From the IMG/VR virus record IMGVR_UViG_2681813316_000024, positions 1 through 24,423 of that record: a stretch of 24,423 bases of DNA; one strand, written 5' to 3'. How positions within the stretch are numbered: the stretch's first letter is position 1; every line of letters starts with the position of its first letter. Positions 8,953-20,436 of the stretch are shown here, in pieces. Both the position numbers and the translations under genes were made by a program. The DNA comes from a virus (lineage: Duplodnaviria > Heunggongvirae > Uroviricota > Caudoviricetes). The notes under the pieces are model-generated. The model searched no databases, was not told the DNA's origin, and saw only the letters and a program-made list of their open reading frames with translations.

Positions 8953-10247
8953 TGGCATTAAATGAAGGTCAACTGGTCACGTATGCTCTGGATGAAATCA
9001 TCGAAACCATCCAGAACCTGACGCCAATGGCGTCTAAAGTGACAAAATACACCCCTCCGGCAGAATCCATGCAACGTTCAAGCAACACCGTGTGGATGCC
9101 TGTTGAGCAGGAAGCGCCAACTCAGACTGGCTGGGATTTAACTGGCAACGCTACCGGTATTCTGGAACTGTCCGTGAAATGCAACATGGGCGATCCGGAT
9201 AACGATTTCTTCGAGCTTCGTGCAGATGACCTGCGTGATGAGCGTTCTTACCGTCGCCGCATCCAGGCATCAGCTAAAAAACTGGCGAATAACATTGAGT
9301 CAGCAATTGCCAAACAGGCAACTGAAATGGGCTCACTTGTTGTTCACGATACCCGAGCAATTGGTCCATCTACTGGCCTGTCTGGCTGGGATTTTGTGTC
9401 TGATGCAGAGCGCCTGATGTTCTCCCGTGAGCTAAACCGCGATATGGGCATCAGTTACTTCCTGAACCCTGACGATTACCGCAAAGCAGGCCGCAACCTG
9501 GTAGATGGTGACATCTTCGGGCGCGTTCCTGAAGACACGTATCGCAACGGTACTATTCAGCGTCAGATTGCTGGCTTTGATGAAATTCTTCGCTCACCGA
9601 AACTTCCGGCAGTTACCAAGTCAGCCGCTACTGGTGTAACTGTTTCTGGTGCGCAGAAGTTTAAGCCGCAGGCATACACCCTTGATACCGATGGTAACAA
9701 AGAGAACGTCGACAACCGTGTTGCAACGGTGACCGTATCCTCCACCACCGGATTTAAGCGCGGCGACAAAATCAGTTTCACTGGTGTGAAATTCCTGTCT
9801 CAGATGGCGAAGAACGTGCTGACTGATGATGCGACTTTCTCAATCACCCGTGTGATCGATGGTACTCACATCGAAATCACGCCGAAGCCGATTGCGCTTG
9901 ATGACGTTTCACTGACAAAAGAAGAGAAGGCTTACGCTAATGTAAACACCTCTCTTGCTGATGCCACCCCGGTAAACGTTCTGAACGTGGCAACAACCAC
10001 CGCTAACGTGTTCTGGGCTGATGACTCAATCCGCCTGCTATCTCAGCCGATCCCGGTAACCCATGAACTGTTTGCTGGCATGAAAACGTCTTCCTTCAGC
10101 ATTCCTGGCATTGGTGTTAACGGCATCTTCGCAACGCAGGGTGATATCAACACTCTGTCTGGTAAGTGCCGTATTGCTGTGTGGTATTCAGCATGTGCTG
10201 TACGACCAGAGGCAATTGGTGTTGGTCTGCCTAACCAGACTGCGTGA
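8952..10247 (+). CDS. 5: Major capsid (coat) protein (P22 gp5 type, HK97 fold with I-domain)
   Basis: 431 aa. MALNEGQ...MQRSSNT.WMPVEQE...[10 protein letters not shown]...GVGLP.QTA is collinear with P22 gp5. The TAATG start overlaps the gene 8 stop. Confidence 0.95.
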   Translation: MALNEGQLVTYALDEIIETIQNLTPMASKVTKYTPPAESMQRSSNTVWMPVEQEAPTQTGWDLTGNATGILELSVKCNMGDPDNDFFELRADDLRDERSYRRRIQASAKKLANNIESAIAKQATEMGSLVVHDTRAIGPSTGLSGWDFVSDAERLMFSRELNRDMGISYFLNPDDYRKAGRNLVDGDIFGRVPEDTYRNGTIQRQIAGFDEILRSPKLPAVTKSAATGVTVSGAQKFKPQAYTLDTDGNKENVDNRVATVTVSSTTGFKRGDKISFTGVKFLSQMAKNVLTDDATFSITRVIDGTHIEITPKPIALDDVSLTKEEKAYANVNTSLADATPVNVLNVATTTANVFWADDSIRLLSQPIPVTHELFAGMKTSSFSIPGIGVNGIFATQGDINTLSGKCRIAVWYSACAVRPEAIGVGLPNQTA

Positions 10248-10255
10248 TAACCAGA

Positions 10256-10277
10256 GGGAGCTTCGGCTCCCTTTTTT
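10256..10277 (+). terminator. Intrinsic (probably partial) terminator after the coat gene
   Basis: Perfect hairpin GGGAGC-TTCG-GCTCCC (10256-10271) followed by T6 (10272-10277), 9 nt after the coat stop codon. Confidence 0.75.
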
Positions 10278-10291
10278 ATCTGGAGACAAAC

Positions 10292-10528
10292 ATGACACAC
10301 ATGATCTTTCGTCATGGCGACATGAAGAAGTGGAAAGGCGTTGGATACGACTTTGAAATCGTGAAAGCCGAAGAGCTTCAGGAATATCTGGATGCTGGCT
10401 GGTTTGCACATCCCGATGACCTTCTGAAGGATGTTGCAGAGCCAGAGCCAGAGCCAGAAGAAAAACAGAGTAAAAAGCCTGGTCGAAAACCTAAGGCGGC
10501 AGCAGATGAACCTGACAACGAAGGGTGA
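10292..10528 (+). CDS. Small acidic protein of unknown function (78 aa) between coat and gp4
   Basis: SD GGAG (10282-10285) precedes ATG 10292. The product is [38 protein letters not shown]...[29 protein letters not shown]. It occupies the same position as the small ORF found between coat and the gp4 homologue in Sf6-like genomes. The track ORF start at 10244 lies inside the terminator, so I do not favour it. Confidence 0.55.
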   Translation: MTHMIFRHGDMKKWKGVGYDFEIVKAEELQEYLDAGWFAHPDDLLKDVAEPEPEPEEKQSKKPGRKPKAAADEPDNEG

Positions 10529-11006
10529 TTTAGTCCTTGCAGCATTACGTAAGCTCGGTGTTGCATCAAATGCCACGTTAACCGATGTCGAACCGCAGTC
10601 TATGGAAGACGGCGTCAACGACCTTGAAATGATGATGGCTGAATGGCTTGGCGGTGATGTGTCACCTGGTATCAACGTTGGCTACATTTTTGCTGATGCA
10701 GATGTCGCTCCGGATCCGGGCGATGAGCACGGTTTATCAAATAACGCTATCAATGCCGTCATTTTCAACCTTGCCTGCCGCATTGCTCCGGATTATGCGC
10801 TGGAATCGTCAGCAAAACTTATAACCACTGCCAGATACGGGAAAGAGCGACTCGTCAAACTGTCTGCAATGGACAGAGCAAAAGCCGCTAAATGTAAGTC
10901 CGGTTATCCAAACCGTATGCCTGTTGGTAGCGGTAACCAGTTGGCGAAGTGGAACGGTTGGAATTACTTCCACCGAAAGGAACCTTGCGATAACGGGAGC
11001 GAATAA
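10506..11006 (+). CDS. 4: Head completion / tail adaptor protein (P22 gp4 type)
   Basis: Starting at ATG 10506 gives 166 aa, the length of P22 gp4. The sequence ...[37 protein letters not shown]... and ...[13 protein letters not shown]... matches P22 gp4 as I remember it. Confidence 0.9.
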   Translation: MNLTTKGDLVLAALRKLGVASNATLTDVEPQSMEDGVNDLEMMMAEWLGGDVSPGINVGYIFADADVAPDPGDEHGLSNNAINAVIFNLACRIAPDYALESSAKLITTARYGKERLVKLSAMDRAKAAKCKSGYPNRMPVGSGNQLAKWNGWNYFHRKEPCDNGSE

Positions 11007-12425
11007 ATGCCGATTCAGCAACTTCCGCTTATGAAAGGTGTCGGCAAAGACTTTCGAAACGCCGACTATATCGACTATCTGCCAGTGAATATGCTGGCTA
11101 CGCCCAAAGAAATCCTGAACAGCAGCGGATATCTTCGCTCATTCCCGGGCATTGCCAAACGTTCTGATGTGAATGGTGTATCGCGCGGTGTCGAGTACAA
11201 CATGGCGCAGAATGCTGTTTATCGCGTTTGCGGTGGCAAGTTGTATAAGGGCGAAAGCGAGGTCGGTGATGTTGCCGGAAGTGGTCGCGTATCAATGGCG
11301 CATGGTCGAACATCTCAGGCGGTAGGCGTTAATGGTCAACTGGTCGAGTATCGCTATGATGGCACGGTTAAAACAGTCTCAAACTGGCCTACAGACAGCG
11401 GATTCACTCAGTATGAGTTAGGTTCAGTCCGCGACATTACACGCTTACGTGGGCGTTATGCGTGGTCAAAAGACGGCACGGATTCATGGTTTATCACTGA
11501 CCTTGAAGACGAATCGCATCCTGACCGTTACAGCGCACAATATCGCGCAGAATCGCAGCCGGACGGTATCCTCGGCATCGGAACATGGCGAGACTTCATC
11601 GTCTGCTTTGGTTCATCGACGATTGAATATTTTTCCCTGACAGGTGCAACCACTGTTGGTGCCGCTTTGTATGTCGCACAGCCATCGCTGATGGTGCAAA
11701 AAGGCATCGCCGGGACTTACTGCAAAACGCCATTCGCTGATTCGTATGCGTTCATCAGCAATCCGGCAACAGGTGCGCCGTCTGTGTATATCATCGGTTC
11801 CGGTCAGGTATCACCAATCGCCAGCGCGAGCATTGAGAAAATACTACGCTCCTACACTGCTGATGAACTGGCTGATGGTGTGATGGAATCGCTGCGATTT
11901 GATGCGCATGAACTGCTGATTATCCATCTTACGCGTCACGTCCTCGTGTACGACGCATCTTCAAGCGCCAATGGTCCGCAATGGTGTGTACTGAAAACAG
12001 GCCTGTATGACGATGTGTACCGCGCTATCGACTTCATTTACGAAGGCAATCAGATAACGTGCGGCGATAAGCTGGAATCGGTTACCGGCAAATTGCAGTT
12101 CGATATCAGCAGCCAGTACGACAAACAGCAGGAACACCTGCTGTTTACTCCGTTGTTCAAAGCAGATAACGCCAGAGTTTTCGACCTTGAAGTTGAATCT
12201 TCAACTGGCGTTGCGCAGTATGCTGACCGCCTTTTTCTCTCTGCAACCACTGACGGCATCAATTACGGGCGTGAGCAGATGATTGAGCAGAATGAACCGT
12301 TCGTTTACGACAAACGCGTTTTGTGGAAGCGAGTAGGGCGCATCAGGAAAAATGTCGGCTTCAAATTGCGCGTTATCACTAAGTCACCTGTCACTCTGTC
12401 AGGCTGCCAGATAAGGATTGAGTAA
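11007..12425 (+). CDS. 10: Tail hub / head completion protein (P22 gp10 type)
   Basis: 472 aa, the same length and position as P22 gp10. It is tightly coupled to the flanking genes (start 1 nt after the gp4 stop; TAATG overlap with the next gene). Confidence 0.88.
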   Translation: MPIQQLPLMKGVGKDFRNADYIDYLPVNMLATPKEILNSSGYLRSFPGIAKRSDVNGVSRGVEYNMAQNAVYRVCGGKLYKGESEVGDVAGSGRVSMAHGRTSQAVGVNGQLVEYRYDGTVKTVSNWPTDSGFTQYELGSVRDITRLRGRYAWSKDGTDSWFITDLEDESHPDRYSAQYRAESQPDGILGIGTWRDFIVCFGSSTIEYFSLTGATTVGAALYVAQPSLMVQKGIAGTYCKTPFADSYAFISNPATGAPSVYIIGSGQVSPIASASIEKILRSYTADELADGVMESLRFDAHELLIIHLTRHVLVYDASSSANGPQWCVLKTGLYDDVYRAIDFIYEGNQITCGDKLESVTGKLQFDISSQYDKQQEHLLFTPLFKADNARVFDLEVESSTGVAQYADRLFLSATTDGINYGREQMIEQNEPFVYDKRVLWKRVGRIRKNVGFKLRVITKSPVTLSGCQIRIE

Positions 12426-13126
12426 TGGTTGATTCATCACTGAATAATCCTGTCGCGGTTCAGGCTACGCGCCTTGATGCTTCAATTTTGCCACGCAATA
12501 TATTCAGCCAGTCTTACATGCTGTATGTCATAAATCAGGGTGCTGATGTTGGCGCAATTGCCGGGAAGGCAAATCAGGCTGGTCAGGGCGCTTACGATGC
12601 TCAGGTGAAAAACGATGAACAGGACGTCGAGCTGGCAGATCACGATGCAAGAATCACCGCAAACACAAAAGCGATAAATCTCCTTGAGGTCAGGTTAACA
12701 ACCGCCGAAGGGAAGATAGTCGTACTACGTAGCGATGTTGATTACTTGCTGGATGAGGTTATCGATATTCAGGCGCATCTGGTCACTGTTGACCAAAGAC
12801 TGGATGGCGTAGAAAGCGATGTATCTGACATTAAGAGTGATTACGTATCGAAAACCGTAACCGAATCGCAGTCTCTTGCGTTACCGCTGGATGTAAAAAC
12901 ATCATATTCAGTTGATGGAATTCAGGTTATTGGAGCAAGAAATACCGGATGGACTGCAGCCACAGGTACACCTCTTCTTGGCTCATTCAACGCTAACCAG
13001 TCATACACAGTCGGCACTACGTACACACAATCCGAAGTCGCAGCACTCGCTACAGGTTTGCAGCAGGCGCGGCAGCGTATTCTGGCGCTTGAAACGGCAC
13101 TTAGATTACATGGGCTGATTGACTGA
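12425..13126 (+). CDS. 26: Tail needle / plug protein (P22 gp26 type)
   Basis: 233 aa, the length of P22 gp26. The N-terminus .[23 protein letters not shown] and the motif [22 protein letters not shown] are recognisable. It has a heptad coiled-coil core. Confidence 0.9.
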   Translation: MVDSSLNNPVAVQATRLDASILPRNIFSQSYMLYVINQGADVGAIAGKANQAGQGAYDAQVKNDEQDVELADHDARITANTKAINLLEVRLTTAEGKIVVLRSDVDYLLDEVIDIQAHLVTVDQRLDGVESDVSDIKSDYVSKTVTESQSLALPLDVKTSYSVDGIQVIGARNTGWTAATGTPLLGSFNANQSYTVGTTYTQSEVAALATGLQQARQRILALETALRLHGLID

Positions 13127-13581
13127 TGATTACATTCAAACCAACGCGAAACATCGACCTGATAGAAGCCGTAGGAAATCACCCTGACATTATCGCCGGG
13201 AGCAACAACGGTGATGGATACGACTACAAACCTGAATGCCGTTACTTTGAGGTTAACGTGCACGGGCAGTTCGGCGGAATTGTTTACTATCAGGAGATTC
13301 AGCCGCTGACCTTTGATTGCCACGCCATGTACCTGCCAGAGATTCGCGGATTCAGCAAGGAAATAGGGCTGGCGTTCTGGCGATACATTCTGACTAACAC
13401 CACCGTTCAGTGCGTCACATCGTTCGCTGCACGCAAATTCCGCCACGGGCAGATGTACTGCGCAATGATTGGCCTTAAGCGTGTAGGAACCATCAAGAAA
13501 TACTTCAAAGGCGTGGATGACGTGACATTTTACAGTGCTACACGCGAAGAACTAATCGACTTCCTGAATCACGGGAGATAG
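13126..13581 (+). CDS. Gene in the P22 gene-14 position (virion assembly / ejection-protein assembly factor); assignment by synteny
   Basis: 151-aa ORF coupled by a TGATG overlap to the needle gene and located directly before the three ejection-protein genes. I cannot confirm sequence similarity to P22 gp14 from memory. Confidence 0.55.
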   Translation: MITFKPTRNIDLIEAVGNHPDIIAGSNNGDGYDYKPECRYFEVNVHGQFGGIVYYQEIQPLTFDCHAMYLPEIRGFSKEIGLAFWRYILTNTTVQCVTSFAARKFRHGQMYCAMIGLKRVGTIKKYFKGVDDVTFYSATREELIDFLNHGR

Positions 13582-13583
13582 CC

Positions 13584-14276
13584 ATGTTATATGCATTTAA
13601 GCTGGGCAGAAAACTGCGCGGCGAGGAACCTTATTGCCCTGAAAAAGGCGGGAAAGGTGGCAGCTCTGATAAAAGCGCAAAGTATGCAGCAGAAGCTCAG
13701 AAGTATGCCGCAGACCTGCAAAATCAGCAGTGGCAGACGATCATGAAAAACCTTGCTCCGTTCACGCCTCTTGCGGAGCAGTATGTTAACCAGCTTCAGA
13801 ACCTTTCCAGTTTAGAAGGTCAGGGGCAGGCACTTAATCAGTATTACAACTCTCAGCAGTATAAAGACCTTGCAGGTCAGGCTCGTTACCAGAGTCTTGC
13901 TGCTGCGGAGGCGACGGGTGGACTTGGTTCGACAGCCACAAGCAATCAACTGGCTACGATCGCGCCGACACTCGGTCAGTCTTGGTTATCAAATCAGATG
14001 AGCAATTACAACAATCTGGCAAACGTTGGGCTTGGTGCGCTGCAAGGTCAGGCAAACGCCGGGCAGACGTACGCCAACAACATGAGCAGCATTGCACAGC
14101 AAAGCGCAGCTCTTGCCGCTGCTAATGCCAATAAACCATCAAGTCTTCAGACCGCAATTAGCGGTGGCACGTCTGGTGCGATTGCCGGTGCAGGTCTTGC
14201 CAGCCTTTTGGAAACATCAACGCCTTGGGGCGCTGGCATTGGTGCTGGTATCGGATTGCTTGGCTCGTTGTTTTAA
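13584..14276 (+). CDS. 7: Ejection (internal virion) protein, P22 gp7 type
   Basis: 230 aa. The N-terminus MLYAF.LGRKLRGEEP..PEKGGKGGSSD.SAKYAAEAQKYAADLQNQQ matches P22 gp7 as I remember it. The body is low-complexity and Q/A/G-rich. Confidence 0.85.
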   Translation: MLYAFKLGRKLRGEEPYCPEKGGKGGSSDKSAKYAAEAQKYAADLQNQQWQTIMKNLAPFTPLAEQYVNQLQNLSSLEGQGQALNQYYNSQQYKDLAGQARYQSLAAAEATGGLGSTATSNQLATIAPTLGQSWLSNQMSNYNNLANVGLGALQGQANAGQTYANNMSSIAQQSAALAAANANKPSSLQTAISGGTSGAIAGAGLASLLETSTPWGAGIGAGIGLLGSLF

Positions 14277-14285
14277 GGGGTAATC

Positions 14286-15692
14286 ATGGCTACTTGGCAA
14301 GGAACAAACGGCGGATTGTTGGCTGGTATCGGCGGCGTCAACTCAAACGCTCCGAGCGTAAATGACATCGGCAATACGCTTCAGCTTATCAGGCAGAACA
14401 ATGATATTGAGCGTTCAGGCGCTAACAATGTTGGGCTGACTGCTTTGCAAGGCCTTTCAGGTATTGCGGGGGTGTTTCAGCAGGAAAAGCAGGCTCAGCG
14501 GCAGAAAGAATTTCAGCAGGCATACGCTAATGCTTATGCGTCTGGTGATCGCGGTGCTTTGCGTCAGTTAGCTACTGAATATCCAGACCAGATTGAATCC
14601 GTTCGTAAAGGCATGGGATTCATTGATGAAGACCAGCGCAATTCCATCGGTACCTTAGCGGCTGGCGCTCGCCTTGCGGCATCGTCTCCAGAAGCGATGC
14701 AATCATGGCTGCAAAACAACGCCAAGGAACTGACTCGCGTAGGTGTTGACCCTAATAACGTTGCTCAGATGTATCAGCAGAATCCTTCAGGATTTGGTGA
14801 GTTTGTTGATCACCTTGGGATGGCTGCTCTCGGTCCGATTGACTACTTCAATGTTCATGACAAGATGGCTGGTCGTGAGATTGACCGAGGCAGGCTGGCA
14901 GAGACAATCCGCAGCAATCGGGCTGGAGAAGCACTTCAGGCGAGAGGGCAAAACCTTTCCTATCAGTCAGCAATGACTGGGCACAATATCGCAGCACAAC
15001 GCTTGGCTCTGGATCAGCAAGAGTTCGGGTTTAAGATGCAGCAAGCGCAGGAAAAGGCTCAGCAGTTGATTAGCGAAGCACCTAAGCTGTCAGTAAACAT
15101 GGAAAAAGGCATCGAGACGGCTGTAAACAATGCTACAGCATCATCAAACTCAGCCAATTCTATGAGTGCGCTTGCTCAACAGTTCAGAGCAGAAAAACCA
15201 ACGACAGGTTTGTTCGGTAACGCACAGAACATGTTCGCAAAACTTACCGGAAGCGATACAACATTGCGTGATTTGCGCATCCGCCAAAATGCCCTTGTTA
15301 ACAGTCAGGTTCTTAAATTCCTACCTCCAGGCCCCGCAACGGATAAAGACGTTGAGATCGTTCGGCAGGGGGCACCAACTGACATGGATAACCCTGAGAC
15401 GGTCGCAAGATGGCTTGATGCGATGGCAAACCTTGAGCGACGAAACGCGCAGTTTAATGAGTTTAAAGCCGAGTGGATGAGCGCGAATGGCAATCCAGGA
15501 CAATCGCGTAATGGCGGTCAGATATTGGGGTTGGATGTTAAAAAAGGTGAATCATTGGGGAGTGCCGTTAAGCGGTATATGTCAATGAATACTGACGCAG
15601 CGCCAGCACAAGATTCGACACCTTCAGGAGAACCACGGAATCAGGTTGGATCATATACCTCAAAATCAGGCATTCAATTTACGGTGGAATGA
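14286..15692 (+). CDS. 20: Ejection (internal virion) protein, P22 gp20 type
   Basis: 468 aa (P22 gp20 is about 471 aa), in the correct syntenic position with similar composition. Confidence 0.8.
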   Translation: MATWQGTNGGLLAGIGGVNSNAPSVNDIGNTLQLIRQNNDIERSGANNVGLTALQGLSGIAGVFQQEKQAQRQKEFQQAYANAYASGDRGALRQLATEYPDQIESVRKGMGFIDEDQRNSIGTLAAGARLAASSPEAMQSWLQNNAKELTRVGVDPNNVAQMYQQNPSGFGEFVDHLGMAALGPIDYFNVHDKMAGREIDRGRLAETIRSNRAGEALQARGQNLSYQSAMTGHNIAAQRLALDQQEFGFKMQQAQEKAQQLISEAPKLSVNMEKGIETAVNNATASSNSANSMSALAQQFRAEKPTTGLFGNAQNMFAKLTGSDTTLRDLRIRQNALVNSQVLKFLPPGPATDKDVEIVRQGAPTDMDNPETVARWLDAMANLERRNAQFNEFKAEWMSANGNPGQSRNGGQILGLDVKKGESLGSAVKRYMSMNTDAAPAQDSTPSGEPRNQVGSYTSKSGIQFTVE

Positions 15693-17920
15693 TGAAAGTA
15701 ACTGCAAACGGTAAGACATTTACCTTCCCTGATGGTACGAGCACGGAAGATATTGGCACCGCCATTGATGAGTATTTTGCTGGTCAGGCTGTTCAGCAAC
15801 AAACAGTTAATCAGGCCAATAATGAACCAGCACGGGAAGAACCATCATTGATGCAACAAGCTGGCGATTGGCTCACTGGTGGTCAAAGTGCAGGGCAAAT
15901 TGCAGAACAGGCTGGTCGTGGTCTGGTAAACATACCATTTGACGTATTGCAGGGTGGCGCAAGTCTGATTAATGCAATCAGTCAGGGGCTTGGGGGGCCA
16001 AAAGTATTGGATGATGTTTATCGTCCAGTAGACAGACCGACAGACCCCTACGCGCAAGCTGGAGAGTCAATAGGCGGTTATCTTGTTCCTGGAGCAGGTG
16101 TAGCTGGAAACATGGTCATTGGTTCTCTCGCTGACGCGGCGAATCAACGGGGTGATTTTGCCGAAAATGCCGCTATTAATGCCGGACTTAACATTGCTAC
16201 GCATGGCCTGATAAATGGCGTTACCCGTGGTGTTCGTGGTGCATCAAATATAATTAGTGGCAATAAAACATCTGCACAGAGAGCGACCACTGCGCCAACA
16301 GAAACATCACCATTCTCAGGTGATGCCGCTGCAGCAACAAATCCTGAGATTCATGCCGCAGAGGCAAGAGTAGCACAAGGTGTACCAATGATGCCTGCGA
16401 CGAGGAACCCAGAGGAAGTCGTTCGCACAGTAGCAGCACAAAAAAGGCCAAATCTCGCTTCATCGCTTGATGAACTAGATATCAATCCTCAGGCTGAAGT
16501 TCTGGAGTCTGCTGAAAGGCTTAATGTTGATTCATTACTCCCTTCACACTTTTCCGGGAACGAGCAATACAAGGCAGTTGAGCAAGCAATCAAGTCCCGT
16601 GCGGGTTCTGCTCTACAGGTGCAGGAAAATGAAGCAATCAGGCAGCTAGCACAGGGCGCGGGGGAGATAATTGATCGCGTTTCCGGTGCAAAAGATGCTC
16701 TTGGTATGAGCGACAAGTTTATTGATACGGTCAATGGAAGAATGTCTGCGCTGATGAAACGAAGCGACCAGCTTTATCGCAATGTTGAAAAGGCGATGCC
16801 TGCAGGTGCAAAAATTGATGCGCCATCAACAAGGTCAATGCTCAAACAGGTGGCAGAAGATCTTGGCGGGATGAAAAACCTTGACCCTATTGAAAAGAGA
16901 GTCTTTCGGGCAGTTAATCCAGGCAAGAACGGCGCATTAACTTATGCAAATCTCAATAAGCAACGACGACTTGTTGGTGATGCACTTCATAAGAATTCTG
17001 GACCATATAAAGATGCTGATCGCGCTGCTTTATCGAGGCTTTACGGTTCGCTCGCCGATGATCAAAAGGCGGCGCTGTCAGAGACAAATGCATTACGTGA
17101 TTTTGAAGTTGCTCAGAGGCTTGTTCAGATGCGAAAAAGCATGGAAGAGCAAATGATTAATCTAACTGGCAGAACGCTGAACGGTGATGTTTCTCGCAAA
17201 GCAACTACAGCACTACAGGCAATGTCGAAAGGCGATGCCAAAGGATTTCGTGAATTGATGCAAAACACGCCGTCCAGGAAGCTAAGAACCGAGCTACTGG
17301 GAACAGGTCTTCGGGATATGCTTTCGAACGGAAAACGTGGCGCTGATTTTAATCCTGCAGGGTTTGCTGACTGGTATCAAAACATGTTAGCAAACGGGCA
17401 GATGCGCAATCTTGCCCGACATTTACCAAAAGAGACTATGTCAGGTCTGAACGATGTATATAAGGTCGCAAAGGCTATCAAAGACGCAAAATCTTACGAG
17501 ATAACTACAGGAAGACTAAACGAGTTCGTCAAACGGTTTAATCGCGTCACTGCGGCAAATGAATTTGTTGCTAACCATGCCCAACGCATTGGCACTGCGG
17601 TTGGTTCAACTGTGTCAGGACCGTTCAGTGCAGTAGGTGCTGTTGCTGGGTCAGAAATTGGGGCAAAAGTCGCCAGCAAAATCAGGGTGATGGGCGGCGC
17701 TGCATCAATGGAATCTGCAGAAAAGCTAATTAGCTCACCAGAATTCCAGAAAGCAGCAAGGCTGGCAGTAAAACAAGCACCAGAAAGCATCGTTGATACA
17801 ACTGTAAGACGCTCTTCTGCTTGGCGCTCGTTTTACAACTCACTTCCAGAATCAGATAAGAAAACCATATCAAGGCTAGGCATCATGTACTGGATGAACA
17901 GTGATGATAACCAGAAGTAA
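15689..17920 (+). CDS. 16: Ejection (internal virion) protein, P22 gp16 type, enlarged
   Basis: The N-terminus (M)[32 protein letters not shown] matches P22 gp16 as I remember it. ATGA overlap with gene 20. It is 743 aa, against about 609 aa for P22 gp16. Confidence 0.85.
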   Translation: MMKVTANGKTFTFPDGTSTEDIGTAIDEYFAGQAVQQQTVNQANNEPAREEPSLMQQAGDWLTGGQSAGQIAEQAGRGLVNIPFDVLQGGASLINAISQGLGGPKVLDDVYRPVDRPTDPYAQAGESIGGYLVPGAGVAGNMVIGSLADAANQRGDFAENAAINAGLNIATHGLINGVTRGVRGASNIISGNKTSAQRATTAPTETSPFSGDAAAATNPEIHAAEARVAQGVPMMPATRNPEEVVRTVAAQKRPNLASSLDELDINPQAEVLESAERLNVDSLLPSHFSGNEQYKAVEQAIKSRAGSALQVQENEAIRQLAQGAGEIIDRVSGAKDALGMSDKFIDTVNGRMSALMKRSDQLYRNVEKAMPAGAKIDAPSTRSMLKQVAEDLGGMKNLDPIEKRVFRAVNPGKNGALTYANLNKQRRLVGDALHKNSGPYKDADRAALSRLYGSLADDQKAALSETNALRDFEVAQRLVQMRKSMEEQMINLTGRTLNGDVSRKATTALQAMSKGDAKGFRELMQNTPSRKLRTELLGTGLRDMLSNGKRGADFNPAGFADWYQNMLANGQMRNLARHLPKETMSGLNDVYKVAKAIKDAKSYEITTGRLNEFVKRFNRVTAANEFVANHAQRIGTAVGSTVSGPFSAVGAVAGSEIGAKVASKIRVMGGAASMESAEKLISSPEFQKAARLAVKQAPESIVDTTVRRSSAWRSFYNSLPESDKKTISRLGIMYWMNSDDNQK

Positions 17921-18198
17921 CGGAAAGCCACGGATGGTTAGTTGCAGTCTTTTTTATATAAATCTCTGTCCATAAATCCTCCTGTTTACCAAAACTATAT
18001 CAAACTTTAACGCAATGCTGCGCAACTTAAGTGACTGTCAGGTTGATAACAGACACTCTTTTTTGCATGATTCCTTTAGACCATCACAATTGATGAAGAA
18101 TCATGAAAAGAAGAACTCTTCTAAAGTCTTTGCTCGGCCTGACGTCACTCTTACCAGTTAAGTTTGCAGCATCTCAAAACCTGCAAGGTAAAAGTATA

Positions 18199-20436
18199 AT
18201 GTCAGACATTACACCCAATGTTGTAGTGAGTATGCCTTCGCAACTCTTCACTATGGCTCGTTCTTTTAAAGCCGTAGCTAATGGAAAGATTTATATCGGG
18301 AAAATTGACACTGACCCGGTAAACACTGAAAACCAGATTCAGGTTTATGTAGAGAACGAAGATGGTTCTCACGTTCCTGTTTCGCAACCAATCATCATTA
18401 ACGCTGCTGGATATCCGGTATATAACGGACAGATTGCCAAATTCGTAACCGTGCAAGGCCATTCTATGGCTGTTTATGATGCGTATGGTGCGCAGCAGTT
18501 CTATTTTTCGAATGTGCTGAAGTATGACCCTGACCAACTCAGGCAAGATCTTGCATCTCAAGGAGGTGTTAATCTGGTAAACGGAGCTATCTCACAGGAA
18601 GATCTTGTTTTGCAGTCGATCACAAAAATTCCAAGTTATGATAATTCTAACGTAGTCCAGGCGTGGCGCGATAGTGTTGCGACCTACGGGTATGTTTACT
18701 TCTCTAATCATTCAAAAAATCAGATGGTGTACACCGTACCGTCTACAGCTGCTAACGCTTCTTTCCTTGCGAACAGTAAAGTAATCATTGATAAAAATGT
18801 CACCCTGAGATTCGACAGTGATCTGTACTCACTGTTTAAATCGTTGCAGTACGAGGGGGAGGGTACGTTTGAATTTACGCACCTGAACTTTAAAGCAACC
18901 GGTGGAGAAGTGGATTATCTGGCTAAGCAGGCCATCCTCAACCGAAACCCTATTCGCATGAAGCGAGTGGAATGGTCAGATTGTAAAGTTTATTCCATAA
19001 ATGGTGACACGTTCTTCTATGAAGGTGAAGTCACCATATCCTCAGATAGCGCAGCTATCTTCCCCTTAACTACTGACCGTACAACAGGCCTGTTCGCACC
19101 AATAGATATTGGAGAGCATATTTCTGCACATATTCGTATGGAATCTCAGGCCGCCTCAGAAGTTGGGATTGTTCTGCGATGCTCTGGTGGTTGGATGATG
19201 TTCTATGGGGCACCAGGTGCTACACAGTGGTCTTATAGACAGAAACCAATTGGTGGTCCAGTAGCAGAAGGAACTCCATTCCCGCTGCCAGGAGGTTTAC
19301 TGTCGTACGCCCCGGGCAAAGCAACCGTTGGCGTATCACTGCAAGGTAAAAACTGGGCGCAGATAACGATGAATGGCGTTGGGATACGTTTGCCCTTTGA
19401 TACTGCTGATGTAGGGGATGTATACGAAGTTGGGTTTGTTGCACTGACCACGGCATCTGGAGGTTCTGCGCGTGTAACTGGATTATGCAGCTACACCTCT
19501 GATAATGGCGTGCACGGTAAGCCTCCACTTAATATCCTTATCCACGGTGATAGTACAGCTGAGGATTTCATTTCCGCGTTCAGCTCGTACATTCCGCAAT
19601 TAATGGATGGAGCGAACGGCCACCGTTCACATAGCATTGTAAACAAGGCAGTTGCCGGACAGACAATGAGGCAACAGTTAGATCTCCTGAAGGCTCAGGG
19701 GCCGGGTGATGCTTACATCGTTATTATGGTTGCCGGAACTAACGAAGGGCAGGCAAACCAAAACGGCGATTATATGGCGTCATTGATAGATGAGTTTGTC
19801 TTATATTGCAATGGCCTTGGTCGTATCCCTGTTTGGGTTGAGCCGTGGATGTGGTATAGCCAGTCATTTATTGGAGGGGCTGGCCAGCCATCTTCTAACT
19901 ACGACGGTGTCGCAGAGTTGCGAGAAGCTGGTAAACGCCAGATGATGAAATATGGCAATAACGTCATTTGTGTAACAACAACTCACCAGCTCCCGGCCCC
20001 ATATCCAGAGTATTTCAATACGCAATACGACCCACTTCTGCGTGATGACATTCACCAAAGCCAGTTAGGGTATCGTCTGTATGCGGAAATTATCTGCTCT
20101 GCCATTATCGACTGGTGGTCGCGTGTTGATTACACGCCAAGAGCAGCTGTTCAATGGTGGGCTGGAACAAACGTAACAGTACAGGCACCGTCAAGTTTAA
20201 CTGCCAATTCAATTAATATTAAACTGGCAGCCACTTCATTTGCGAATGGTAATACTGTTCTAACGCTGCCAAGGTGGTGTAGACCAACAGTAACAAAAAA
20301 TGTCCCTGTACCGTTCACTGCTGATGGAATATCTTACGGTATGGCGATGGCAACAATAAGCGCATCAACCGGGTCGATAACAATTAATGGATCTACTACA
20401 GCCTCACCAATATTTTACATTGATGCTTCCTGGTAG
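18199..20436 (+). CDS. Tailspike: P22-type head-binding domain fused to a non-glycanase receptor module containing an SGNH/GDSL esterase domain
   Basis: From ATG 18199 the product is 745 aa. Residues 1-113 ([11 protein letters not shown]...[21 protein letters not shown]...[13 protein letters not shown]...NVLKYDPDQ) match the P22 gp9 N-terminal domain up to the known YDPDQ hinge. The rest is unrelated to the P22, Sf6 or HK620 beta-helix as I remember them. SGNH blocks are I: LIHGDS (G450-D451-S452), II: [11 protein letters not shown]: AGTNEG, V: DDIH (D616..H619). The track ORF start at 18103 adds 32 codons that I consider untranslated. Confidence 0.9.
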   Translation: MSDITPNVVVSMPSQLFTMARSFKAVANGKIYIGKIDTDPVNTENQIQVYVENEDGSHVPVSQPIIINAAGYPVYNGQIAKFVTVQGHSMAVYDAYGAQQFYFSNVLKYDPDQLRQDLASQGGVNLVNGAISQEDLVLQSITKIPSYDNSNVVQAWRDSVATYGYVYFSNHSKNQMVYTVPSTAANASFLANSKVIIDKNVTLRFDSDLYSLFKSLQYEGEGTFEFTHLNFKATGGEVDYLAKQAILNRNPIRMKRVEWSDCKVYSINGDTFFYEGEVTISSDSAAIFPLTTDRTTGLFAPIDIGEHISAHIRMESQAASEVGIVLRCSGGWMMFYGAPGATQWSYRQKPIGGPVAEGTPFPLPGGLLSYAPGKATVGVSLQGKNWAQITMNGVGIRLPFDTADVGDVYEVGFVALTTASGGSARVTGLCSYTSDNGVHGKPPLNILIHGDSTAEDFISAFSSYIPQLMDGANGHRSHSIVNKAVAGQTMRQQLDLLKAQGPGDAYIVIMVAGTNEGQANQNGDYMASLIDEFVLYCNGLGRIPVWVEPWMWYSQSFIGGAGQPSSNYDGVAELREAGKRQMMKYGNNVICVTTTHQLPAPYPEYFNTQYDPLLRDDIHQSQLGYRLYAEIICSAIIDWWSRVDYTPRAAVQWWAGTNVTVQAPSSLTANSINIKLAATSFANGNTVLTLPRWCRPTVTKNVPVPFTADGISYGMAMATISASTGSITINGSTTASPIFYIDASW
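19517..20120 (+). other. SGNH hydrolase (acetyl-esterase-like) domain inside the tailspike
   Basis: All four catalytic or oxyanion blocks occur in the canonical order and spacing: GDS at nt 19546-19554, G of block II at about 19650, GTNE at about 19735-19746, DxxH at nt 20044-20055. Domain borders are approximate. Confidence 0.75.

Noticed and set aside
10043-10675. 210-aa minus-strand ORF antisense to the coat, small ORF and gp4 region
   Set aside because: It lies entirely antisense to confidently identified P22-type genes. It has no motif or RBS and its composition (S/R/C-rich) is typical of antisense frames. The same applies to 12922-13446(-), 6396-6752(-), 5034-5339(-), 4560-4865(-), 18202-18561(-), 19220-19528(-) and the other short overlapping ORFs in the track.
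18103-18198. Upstream in-frame ATG that would give the tailspike a 32-aa Tat/Sec-like leader ([24 protein letters not shown])
   Set aside because: There is no SD before ATG 18103. The P22-homologous protein begins exactly at Met 18199 ([10 protein letters not shown] versus P22 MTDITANVVV). A secreted tailspike makes no biological sense for a cytoplasmically assembled virion. It is kept only as a curiosity under the spacer finding.
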